DNA of 64,000 bases, from assembly GCA_963770745.1 (NCBI GenBank), contig CAVYRA010000017.1, positions 129,642-193,641 of the forward strand, in the 5' to 3' direction. Below are positions 50,225 to 59,472 of this stretch, piece by piece; the first letter of the stretch is position 1, and each line of letters starts with the position of its first letter. The stretch is from an uncultured Rikenellaceae bacterium. GTDB lineage: Bacteria > Bacteroidota > Bacteroidia > Bacteroidales > VadinHA17. The translations under genes were made by a program, and so were the position numbers. The notes beneath the pieces are model-generated. The model searched no databases. It was not told the DNA's origin and worked only from the letters and a program-made list of their open reading frames with translations.

Positions 50225-52156
50225 CTATTGCTTCCCCTTCCCGGTAGTTGTCCCCGGTTCCGGGAAGCGGAACGGATTGGCAACCCTGCCGGTGCGTCCG
50301 TCAGAATAATGAATCGTCAGGGTGTCGGCATTCACATAACCAAAAATGTTCTCCGGTGTGGTCAGGGTATCAACATACCAGATTGTGGTAACTTCATTCC
50401 CGGTAGTATCCAGGGATGTTTCAAAAGCGACTACACCCGCATCGTTGGAGAGGTGGCTGATCAGGTAGCTGTACATTCCGCTGTTTCGATTGTTTGCACC
50501 TAAGGGAAGCACATATCCGTTCATCACATCACCCGTAAAATCAGAATACCCGTTGAAGTACGAAGTCACAGGTGTGAACATCTGGCGGGCATACTCCTGA
50601 CCGGTTATTGTCACGGCAGGTTCATCAAATGTTATCACCCTGTACGGAAGATTGACGTTGAATTCAGCCTCATTGGCCGTGAAGTTCAGTTTCTTCGATT
50701 CAATGGCACTTACAAGCGCTTCCCTGGCCGGCACCTTTCCTGCCGGGAAATAGATCCGCACTTTCACCGGGCAGGCGAACTCGCTCTGGTACCCTATTGC
50801 TTCTGTCTTCTGGTCAAGAAGGTGTTGCAGGTAAACGGCATCGAGAGGGTCGAAAAACCTATCAATGGTCAGGGAGAAGTATGTTACCGAATCTGCATCA
50901 CTGCCTGCAGCATCAATAACGCGCGTTACGGGCACAAAGAGGAGATCCTGCAGCTTCTCGTCATTGAACCGTGTGGTATCATAAAGGATGTGAACCGAAT
51001 TGCTTGCCACGTAGGTCGAGACGCCGTAGATGCCGTCAACCCTCCGCATCTGGTTGGCAAATGCCGTAGAGCTGCCGAAACACTTGATGTTCTTCAGTCC
51101 TGACATCTCAAAGAGACCTGCACTCTCTATCTGCTCAGGAGTGCCCCATCTCTGGTCAATGGTGGGAAGCTCGAACAGTGTGCCTGCCGTAATTCCGAGT
51201 ATGATCAGTGCTCCGAGCACTGCTGCAGGCAGCCATTTCATATTCCTCTTATTGATCTGCAGGGTATCTTTTTCGGGGCATGCATGGAGGCAGTCGCCGC
51301 ACAGGTTGCAGTCGGTATGTGTGACCTTCTCCATTGAGGCAACGTCAATTCCCTGGGGACAGCTTTCGGAGCACATGCCGCAAGAGGTACACGTATCAGT
51401 ATTGCGTGTAATATGCACCGGGTCAGGCCTTACCCTGTCCATCCGTGCCACCTCCAGGATATAGCCTCCTGCGGTAATTATTAATAGAGGATACAGGTAA
51501 GGGATATCAAGTCCGACAAGAAGCAATATCACATAGAGTGCCATCGCTCCGAGAAACCACCATGAGAATTTGAATATTGCCGAGAGAGCTCCGAGCGGAC
51601 AGAGATAGCGGCACCAGAAGAGCCTGAAGAAGACTGAGCCAAACACCAGGACGCCTATGGCAATCAGGGCCCACCAAAGGTTCACATCGGAGTCAAATCC
51701 AGATACGGCGGCATAATAGGGGTCGAATTTCTTGCAGAAGAGTTCGCTCGATTTAAGAGTGAAGTAGAATGTTATGAAAAGAAGGGCATATTTTAGCAGG
51801 CGAAGAGCATAATCAATAAAACCTTTCGGCGTGATCCTGACCTTCAGTTTGTCACCAAGTTTCCCGAGCCATTCGCTGATTGTGCCCAGTGGGCAAATGT
51901 ATCCGCAGAAGAGCCTGGAGAAAAGTACGATGCCAATGAATAGCGCCACCCCCATCATTATCTGGGTACTGGTCATGGAACACGACAGGGAATCCATTGT
52001 CATATAGCTCCCCAGTGCCTGCAGTCCGCCAAAAGGGCAGTAGGCTTCAAAGTCAGGAGTATAGGCTTTGTCAAAAAGCAGACGGAAGCCCATGAATACA
52101 AGGATTCCGATAATGGCAAACTGATAGAACAGCTTGTACCAGTTTTGCTTCTTCAT
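50225..52156 (-). CDS. Membrane-bound 4Fe-4S polyferredoxin (NapH/MauN-like) with ~300-aa extra C-terminal region
   Basis: 643 aa with multiple TM helices carrying CxxxCP motifs (FCGYICPLG, WCRYLCPLG) and two ferredoxin clusters (CTSCGMCSESCP, CNLCGDCLHACP). Confidence 0.8.
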   Translation of the reverse strand: MKKQNWYKLFYQFAIIGILVFMGFRLLFDKAYTPDFEAYCPFGGLQALGSYMTMDSLSCSMTSTQIMMGVALFIGIVLFSRLFCGYICPLGTISEWLGKLGDKLKVRITPKGFIDYALRLLKYALLFITFYFTLKSSELFCKKFDPYYAAVSGFDSDVNLWWALIAIGVLVFGSVFFRLFWCRYLCPLGALSAIFKFSWWFLGAMALYVILLLVGLDIPYLYPLLIITAGGYILEVARMDRVRPDPVHITRNTDTCTSCGMCSESCPQGIDVASMEKVTHTDCNLCGDCLHACPEKDTLQINKRNMKWLPAAVLGALIILGITAGTLFELPTIDQRWGTPEQIESAGLFEMSGLKNIKCFGSSTAFANQMRRVDGIYGVSTYVASNSVHILYDTTRFNDEKLQDLLFVPVTRVIDAAGSDADSVTYFSLTIDRFFDPLDAVYLQHLLDQKTEAIGYQSEFACPVKVRIYFPAGKVPAREALVSAIESKKLNFTANEAEFNVNLPYRVITFDEPAVTITGQEYARQMFTPVTSYFNGYSDFTGDVMNGYVLPLGANNRNSGMYSYLISHLSNDAGVVAFETSLDTTGNEVTTIWYVDTLTTPENIFGYVNADTLTIHYSDGRTGRVANPFRFPEPGTTTGKGKQ

Positions 52157-52178
52157 GGATCAGGGTTTTAAGGGCATC

Positions 52179-52186
52179 CAAATATA
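52179..52186 (-). promoter_or_regulatory. Candidate -7 box (TATATTTG) for the polyferredoxin gene
   Basis: The plus strand reads caaatata. It lies 23 nt upstream of the ATG at 52156. Confidence 0.35.
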
Positions 52187-52326
52187 TCATTTCTGGAGAA
52201 TTCCCCAAATGAGATATGACATGCCCGGCAGGAGCCGGGAAGACTGTCAGCACTCAGAGCACAGACTGCCGGATTGCGGGCGTCAGATCGCGGACAATCA
52301 GATCAGGTTGTCAGACCGGAGCCCGC

Positions 52327-52363
52327 ATAAAAACAACAGCGACGCCCTTGCGGGGCGTCGCTG
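52327..52363 (-). terminator. Rho-independent terminator of the efflux operon
   Basis: Stem cagcgacgccc/gggcgtcgctg (52337-52347/52353-52363). The minus strand continues uuguuuuuaug. Confidence 0.7.
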
Positions 52364-52390
52364 CATTCAGTTAGCTGTGGTATTTATTTT

Positions 52391-52684
52391 TTATACCGCC
52401 TGCTCTATGTTCCAGACAAAGGCCCTGATGCCCACCTCCGTATTGATGGCATCGATGCGCTTTACCGCCTCAAGGAGCATCGGAACCTTTTCCTCGTCAA
52501 CGAAGGTCAGCGTGACCCCGTTGATCTCTGGCCAGGTGTGTGTGCCCAGGTGAGGGACCCCCGTAAATGAGCCCATTCCCTCTACATTGTCCCACTGGGT
52601 GTATCCCCTGATGCCCAGGTGGTCAAGCGAATATTCGATCTTTTCAGTCAGGGCCAGATTGTATATTATCATTACTGCTTTCAT
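52391..52684 (-). CDS. Small PII-fold-like transporter-associated protein (PG0541-type, by memory)
   Basis: 97 aa. MKAVMIIYNLALTEKIEYSLDHLGIRGYTQWDNVEGMG... It is the last gene of the RND operon, as in Porphyromonas-type efflux loci. Confidence 0.5.
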   Translation of the reverse strand: MKAVMIIYNLALTEKIEYSLDHLGIRGYTQWDNVEGMGSFTGVPHLGTHTWPEINGVTLTFVDEEKVPMLLEAVKRIDAINTEVGIRAFVWNIEQAV

Positions 52685-52797
52685 TCGTTCATAATTTATT
52701 TATTTCATCTGTCGAATAGCATGTCCCGCCTAAGCGGGAGAACCCACATGTAAGAAGACCACTGCCCTCATGCCTGTGTTTGTACAACATGTGGGTT

Positions 52798-55700
52798 TCA
52801 TGATTTTCCGTTTTCATGGTTTGCCTTTATATCATCAAGGAACTTCATGTCCCTGAATGCCACTTTATGTTTCTTATCTCTCTCGCCGCTGCGTGCCATA
52901 AGCACATAACCCACAGGTACCAGTACCATTGTGACGACAGTCGAGAAGATCAGTCCGCCGATGACTGCTATACCCATCGGCTGCCACAGTTCGGAGCCTT
53001 CGCCGGGATTGACCGCCAGCGGGAGCATCGCAAGGATGGTGGTCATTGATGTCATCAGCACAGGTCTCAGCCTTGAACGCCCCGAGTCAAGCACTGCCTG
53101 GTAGAGCTCCACACCCCTGTCACGGGTGAGGTTAATGAAGTCGACCAGCACAATGGCATTCTTCACCACGATACCTATCAGCATTATGGCGCCGATGCCG
53201 GCGATAAGGCTGAGCTTGGTGCCGGTAATGAAGAGCGCCATGGCGACCCCCGAGAAGGCAAACGGTATCGAGAGCATGATGATGACAGGCATCTTGAGCG
53301 ACTCAAACTGTGATGCCATGACCAGGTAAACAAGTAACAGCGAGATGACCATCAGCAATCCGATGTCCATGAATGATTCAGACATATCCTCGAAGGCTCC
53401 TGATATCTCAACCATCACACCGGAGGGGATGGTCAGACTGTCAAGCTCCTTCTGGATGTCAGCCACTATAAGGCTCAGCGATCTCTTGTAGGGAGTTACC
53501 GATACAGTGACGAGGCGTTCCTTGCGTTTTCTCTCAATATTGGGGGGCGACCAGTACTCCTTGACCTGGGCTATCTCGCCCAGCCTTATGACCTGCCCTG
53601 AGGGAAGCGCCACGCCTACGTTCTGAAGCTCGGTGATAGAGTTGCGTGCCGACTCCTTATACCTCACGATGACGTCGTACTCGTCACCGTACTGGCGGAG
53701 GCGGGTGGCGGTAAGGCCGTCAACGCGGTTCCTTATCATCATTGAAACCTGTGCGGTGGTCAGGCCGTACCTCAGAAGCTTGTCCTGGTCAATGATGATC
53801 TGAAGCTCCGGTTTGGACCTGTCGCGGCTGATATCCACGTTGGCCGCACCCTGGATCTTCCTGACCCTCTCGGCCAGCTGTTCGGCCAGCATGTTTGTCT
53901 GGGTTATGTCGAAACCGTATATCTCGATATCAACGGTGTTGCCGCCGCCCATGGCGCCCATTCCACCGGTTGCGGCAAGTACCGAGAAGTTTATTACCTC
54001 GGGCATAGGGGCAATGATGAGGCGAATCTCTTCGGCCACCTCCTCAGACGACCTGCTTCTCTCTTCCACATCAACAAGAACGAAGGTGTATGTCACCACA
54101 TGAGTCCCGCCCTCGCTGAAAAGAGCGGTGAAGCCTCCGCTGTCGTCAGTACCTGCGGACATCGAAATAAGTTTTACCTCCGGTACCTGTTTCCTTACAA
54201 TTGAATCAATCCTGTCAGCAACCTTTTCGGTTTCAGATACTCTGGTTCCGGTCTGAAGCTCGACGGTTGCCGTTACCTGAGATTCGTCAGCCGCCGGCAT
54301 GAATTCCGTACCAACTAATTTGAAAAGATACATTGACCCGGCGAACATGACAATGGCAGCAGCAATCACGAATTTCTTGTGATAAAGCACCCATGAGAGA
54401 GTCTTCACGTAAAATCCGTCAAGCCACTTAAGGAACTTATGAATGGAACCGTCCCATGTCCAGACGGATGCGTTCTCCTTTATCGGCCTTACCCTGAGCA
54501 AGCAGTGCGCTGAGCGTCGGGGTAAGGGTGATGGCAGCCACGGTTGACATGATGATGGTTATCGACACAATCCATCCCAGCTGTGCGAACAGCACTCCGG
54601 TCAGTCCCTTCACAAAGGTGAGGGGTAGGAAGACGGCCACAACGGTCAGGGTGGTGACGATTACCGCCAGCCACACCTCGTTGGTTGCGTAGATAGCTGC
54701 CTCTCGCGGACGGCTGCCGCGCTCAATGTGCTTCGTGATATTCTCAAGTACCACAATGGCGTCATCCACCACCATACCGATGGCAATTGAGAGTGATGAG
54801 AGCGAGATTATGTTGATGGAGCTTCCTGTGAGGAATATGTAGATGAAAGCAACCAGCAACGATATAGGTATTGTAAGGATGATTATGAGCGTCGCGCGCC
54901 ACCTGCCGAGGAAGAAGAGCACCACCAGCACGACGAAGATCGCGGCATACATGAGTGTCTCCGTAAGGTTGTTGATGGAGCCCTGGATGAACTCCGAGGT
55001 GTCAAAGATCTTCTCTATCCGGATATCGGGAGGAAGATCCTTCTGAAGCTTCTTTATCTCTTTGTCTACCTCGCGGCATATCTGAACGCTGTTGGCGCCT
55101 GACATCTTCTGCACGAAGAGGGTCATACCCTGCGTGCCGTCGATCTTTGACACCAGCTTGGTCTCCCTGATTGTGTCATTGACCGATGCGACATCTCTCA
55201 GGTAGACATTGTTGCCGTTAAAGTTGCCGACGATCACATCTGCAATCATATCACTTTCGGCAAACTCGCCCTGTATCCTGATCGGGTAGTCCATCTTGCC
55301 CATCTCCAGGTATCCGGCCGGCATGTTCAGGTTCTCAGCCCTGAGTACGTTGCCAATCTGTTCTATTGTGAGGTTGTAGGCTTCCATGCGCCGTGGGTCA
55401 ACCTCCACATAGATCTCCCTCCCCGGTACACCTGACAGTCCGACGTTACCGACACCGTCGATACGGTTCAGAGGGTTGACAATCTTCTCATCGAGAATCT
55501 TCTCCAGTCCCTTGTAGCTCTCTTCGGCAGTGATGGCGTAGAAGATTATGGGCATCATGCTGGAGTTGAACTTGAAGATGGTTGGGTCCTCGGCATCTTC
55601 GGGAAGGAAGCTCTGGATGAAGGAAAGGGAGCTCCTTACATCGTTAGATGCTTCATCAAGGTTAGTTTCGTATTCAAATTCCATGAAAATGACCGAAACG

Positions 55701-55960
55701 TTATCACTTGACGTGGAAGTTATCTCCTTCAGTCCGGAGACGGAGTTGAGGGCGTCCTCAAGGGGACGGGTTATATTCGTTTCAATATCCGCCGCACTGG
55801 CTCCCGGATAACTCGTGTAAACCGAGAGGAACGGGAGCTCGATCTCAGGGTAGAGGTCGATTGGCAGCTGCGTCAGGGAATAAAGCCCCATGACCATCGT
55901 GATGACGAAGATCAGAATCGTGGTTACGGGCTTCTTTACTGCACTGGCATATATACTCAT
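52798..55960 (-). pseudogene. RND (AcrB/HAE1-like) efflux permease interrupted by one frameshift
   Basis: ORFs 54437-55960 (507 aa, N-terminal half) and 52798-54501 (567 aa, C-terminal half) are consecutive parts of one ~1050-aa RND protein in frames differing by 1. The junction is ...TLTPTLSALL / LRVRPIKENASVW... near 54495-54505. Confidence 0.8.
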
Positions 55961-55986
55961 ATTCTAAAAGTGTCTCTTGTTATTTA

Positions 55987-57043
55987 TCAGTTCGATATCT
56001 CCACCTTCTGGCCGTTGTTGAGCCGTGCCTGGCCTTCGGTGATGAGGCTTTCACCCTCCTTCAGGTCTCCGCCGGCAATCTCGAAGCGGTCGTCAAACCT
56101 CTGTCCGAGGATCACGGATTTCCTGACGGCGACGCCATTCTCTACCACAAAGATGTACCTCTCGTTGGTGCCTTCCTGCATCATGACGGCGCTGGCCGGG
56201 ACCACGAAGGTCTCTTCCTTACCCATGTCAATGAATGACCTGGCGAACATTCCCGGGCGAAGCAGCTCGCTGTTGTTGCTGATGCGAACCTCGGCACGGA
56301 ATGAGCGTGACATGGCATCAATGGTCGGATGAACCCTGAAGATGGTACCCTCGAAATTCTTGTCGGGGTAGACATCGGCCAGCACCCGCACTTTCATACC
56401 GTTCCTGATGAGCGGGAAAATACTGTTCGGAGATGCTGACGATGATCTTCACCGGGTTGATCTGCATCAGGGTGACCACGGCAGCCTTACCAGACATGCC
56501 AGGAGCACCTGAATAGAGCTCACCGTCCTCAAGGTATTTGCCGGTTACAAGGCCGCTGAACGGGGCCTCAAGCAGGGTGTTCTCCTCCATGAAGTCGACA
56601 TTGGTTTTCATCACCTCGTACTGGGCCTTGGTCTGGTCATAGAGCTGTTCCTTCACACTCCCCACCTTCAGCAGGGTGTCGAGCCTGGCCAGGTCCTTCT
56701 CGAGGTTGGCAAGCTGAATCTTATTGGCATAGTACTGGGTGCGGTCCATCAGGAAGAGTTTCTGCCCCTTCTGTACCCTGTCACCGACTTCGACATAGAT
56801 CTTATCTACCCGGCCGGGTGTTGACGGGGCCAGGTTTACCTCCTCATATGCCAGTATGGTTGCTGTATAATCAACTGTCCGGGCTATGATGGTCTTTGCA
56901 TACCGGCATGACCCTTAACGGGTATGGCTGATGCTGCTGCAGCGGCAGTCTGACGCAGACGGCTCGGCAGGTTTTCCTTTTGGGCACAGGATGCAAGCAG
57001 CATGCCTGCCGGCGAGGATCAGTGGAAATAATTTACGATTCAT
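55987..57043 (-). pseudogene. RND membrane-fusion (HlyD/AcrA-family) lipoprotein gene with three frameshifts
   Basis: Own translation gives MNRKLFPLILAG / MLLASCAQKENLPSRLRQTAAAAASAIPVK / AKTIIARTVDYTATILAYEEVNLAPSTPGRVDKIYVEVGDRVQKGQKLFLMDRTQYY...SISEQYFP / (L)IRNGMKVRVLADVYPDKNFEGTIFRVHP... Frame changes lie near 57003-57010, 56897-56916 and 56410-56416. The span is 1057 nt, which is not a multiple of 3. Confidence 0.8.
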
Positions 57044-57073
57044 TGTATTCTGATTTAATTGTTATTGTTTCTG

Positions 57074-58396
57074 TTAAAGTTTGTTCATCAGTTTGTCAAA
57101 AGCCACCTTGGTCTGGAGCAGGTTCATCAGGGCTGATATATAGTTGTTCTGCGCCGTGAGGTAGTTATTGTTTGCCTGCGTCAGGTCGAGGCTGGAAGCC
57201 ATCCCCTGGTTGTACTTGTTCTCGAAGCTTTTAAGCACACGGCCGGCGATCTCGATATTGGCCTTCTGGCTCTTGAACTGCTCATTGGCGCTGAGCAGGT
57301 TGTACCTGAGCTGCCGCTCCTGCATCAGAAGCTGCTCGGAGACCATCGATTTTGAGTTGCCGGCCTTTTCAAGGTTGATCCTGGCCCTTTTGATCTTCGC
57401 ATCTCTCAGTCCCGATGCAAAAATCGGTATCTGGAGCTGCACGGCCACGGCGGAAGAGGGAAAATACTGCATATGCAACAGCTCGTCTCCCATCCCGTTC
57501 CTGTTGTAGTATATAGATCCTGCGAGGCTGGGCAGGGTTGAGGCCTTTGCACTCTTCAGCGCCAGTTCAGACATCGCCACCTGGCTCTCAATGAGCTGCC
57601 AGGTAATATTGTCCTCCATCCTGAACTCCTCTGTGATCAGAGCATCAACGTCGATCTTCCCGGTGATATCATCGAGCGTCTCGGTAAGGTCGATAGCGGT
57701 TTCACCCGGTACTCCGAGAAGGAACCTGAGCATGTTGTAGTTCACCTCCATTGAGCGAAGCATCGATGATCTTGAATTTTCAAGCAGGCTGACGGTCGAC
57801 TGCATCTGGTCGACGTCGGTTGCCTCGGCCATACCCACACTGTACATTGCCTTTGTTGATACGAGGATGGCATTCAGGTTCTCAAGGTTTGCGTCTACCA
57901 CGCCAAGGCTCTCCTTCAGAGTGAGGATAAGGAAGTAGACGTTTTTGACACTCTCCTTGGTCTCGAGGGTTGTCTGTGTCAGTCCCTGCCGGGCCAGCGT
58001 TGTTGCCATCTTTGCCGTCTGCACGCCCACAAGCCATGGGGCGTTGAAAATGACTGTAGATACTGATGCGCCTAACGCAGCGTCATATATAGTACCAAAC
58101 TTGAAAGGTGTGGGTGTTCCCCCGAAATCGATGATCCTTGTCATAATGGCAAGGTTGTAGCTTAGCGAGGCTGTTGCGTCTATCGACGGTAGTCCTGCAG
58201 CCATGGCTTCCCATTCTCCCTTCTCGGATGCAAGCACATCAAACCTTGCCGATGCCACACTCCGGTTATTGTCAAGTGCGTACTCCACAGCCTCGTCGAC
58301 GGTAAGCGACAGGGTTGCCGGGACATCCTGCGCTGACAGGCTGATTGCGGAAGCTGCCAGGAGAGGAATAACAAAAGCAAAAAATTTTCTTTTCAT
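57074..58396 (-). CDS. TolC-family outer-membrane efflux protein
   Basis: The ATG at 58394-58396 gives MKRKFFAFVIPLLAASAISLSAQD. It has a two-repeat OEP architecture and is intact. Confidence 0.88.
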   Translation of the reverse strand: MKRKFFAFVIPLLAASAISLSAQDVPATLSLTVDEAVEYALDNNRSVASARFDVLASEKGEWEAMAAGLPSIDATASLSYNLAIMTRIIDFGGTPTPFKFGTIYDAALGASVSTVIFNAPWLVGVQTAKMATTLARQGLTQTTLETKESVKNVYFLILTLKESLGVVDANLENLNAILVSTKAMYSVGMAEATDVDQMQSTVSLLENSRSSMLRSMEVNYNMLRFLLGVPGETAIDLTETLDDITGKIDVDALITEEFRMEDNITWQLIESQVAMSELALKSAKASTLPSLAGSIYYNRNGMGDELLHMQYFPSSAVAVQLQIPIFASGLRDAKIKRARINLEKAGNSKSMVSEQLLMQERQLRYNLLSANEQFKSQKANIEIAGRVLKSFENKYNQGMASSLDLTQANNNYLTAQNNYISALMNLLQTKVAFDKLMNKL

Positions 58397-58428
58397 ATTA
58401 CTCAAATTAACTGTTGATCATTCATTAA

Positions 58429-59046
58429 TTATAAACCGGGCTCCAGCTCCTGAATGAGACTGTTACCCTGTGCTGTTGATATACCCCTCAGATAGTTGAT
58501 CATGATGTTCCTGATCACGTCACGTTGCGGAAATTGCTCAGGCGGGAAAATTTTCATGTCGCCTGTCAGGTTACCAATCCCCGAAACTGCCCTGCTGATG
58601 ATTTCAATGTCAATATCTTCCCTGAATATTCCCTGTTCTATCCCGGCCTTAAGCATTTTCTTTGCTCCTTCATGGTCCGGATTGTCGCAGGTGGCTTTAA
58701 TCCGCTGCAGCACCGCATCATGATACTTGCGCAGATCGGAACCTATCAGCGGGTTCATTGATGCCATATGTTCCCGGCTTACCCTCAGCATGGTAAAGAT
58801 CGCCTCCATCACATTGGCTGATGAGTTCAGGATATTCTCCACCATCTCCTTCTGTTTACGGATCATCTCCTTCATCACGGCAAAGAGAAGCTCATCCTTG
58901 TCGCCGAACCTTTCATAAATGGTCCTCTTAGATATTCCCAGATGAGCAGCAATTGTATCCATTGTGACTGCCTTGATCCCGTAAATGCGGAACAGTTCGG
59001 CTGCACCTGTTACGATCCTGTCATCATATTCTTCCGTTTGATTCAT
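58429..59046 (-). CDS. TetR/AcrR-family transcriptional regulator
   Basis: The ATG at 59044-59046 gives MNQTEEYDDRIVTGAAELFRIYGIKAVTMDTIAAHLGISKRTIYERFGDKDELL (HTH). It is the first gene of the efflux operon. Confidence 0.88.
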   Translation of the reverse strand: MNQTEEYDDRIVTGAAELFRIYGIKAVTMDTIAAHLGISKRTIYERFGDKDELLFAVMKEMIRKQKEMVENILNSSANVMEAIFTMLRVSREHMASMNPLIGSDLRKYHDAVLQRIKATCDNPDHEGAKKMLKAGIEQGIFREDIDIEIISRAVSGIGNLTGDMKIFPPEQFPQRDVIRNIMINYLRGISTAQGNSLIQELEPGL

Positions 59047-59077
59047 CCGGTTCCGGTAAATTGGGTGCAATAATCAG

Positions 59078-59103
59078 AAAACTTTTCCGGTTTTGCAAGT
59101 TTT
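59078..59103. promoter_or_regulatory. 7-bp inverted repeat upstream of tetR-like gene (candidate operator)
   Basis: aaaactt (59078-59084) and aagtttt (59097-59103) are separated by 12 nt. Confidence 0.2.
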
Positions 59104-59152
59104 TTCTGTCAAATAATTGTTAAATACCGACAGGTGGCGGGAAAATGCCGGT

Positions 59153-59465
59153 GATTAGAGAATTAGGGAGTAGGCAGTAGAGGGCCGAGCGTTAAGAAAT
59201 GATCCGGTGGATCATTTCAGCGATGGAGCCGGATTGCAGGGGAGGCAATAGGCAATAGTGAGGAATGAAGAATTAAGAATTAAGAATTGATAGTCAGTCT
59301 CTTAGACTGAGACTGAAGGCTGTCGACTGCCGATTGCCGACTGGACTATTGCCTATTGCCTACTGCCTACTGCCTGATAAGACTGCCGACTGAGACTGAA
59401 GGCTGTCGACTGGACTATTGCCTATTGCCTACTGCCTACTGCCTGATAAGACTCGATAGACTCGG
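59153..59465. repeat. Heptad-built composite repeat (direct 66/80-bp units plus nested inverted repeats), same family as 11634-11803
   Basis: Direct units lie at 59305-59384 (80 nt) and 59388-59453 (66 nt) and differ by a 14-nt (two-heptad) indel, ccgattgccgactg. Perfect inverted repeats are 59244-59258/59346-59360 (15 bp) and 59170-59180/59360-59370 (11 bp). The central hairpin is tcagtct-ctt-agactga. Confidence 0.9.
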
Positions 59466-59472
59466 AACAATA

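Noticed and set aside
54437-54501. Programmed ribosomal frameshift or natural two-gene split of the RND permease
   Set aside because: The overlap has no slippery heptamer or downstream structure that I can see. RND permeases are normally single ~1050-aa chains, and the neighbouring MFP gene has three more frame breaks. A lesion or sequencing error is the simpler explanation.
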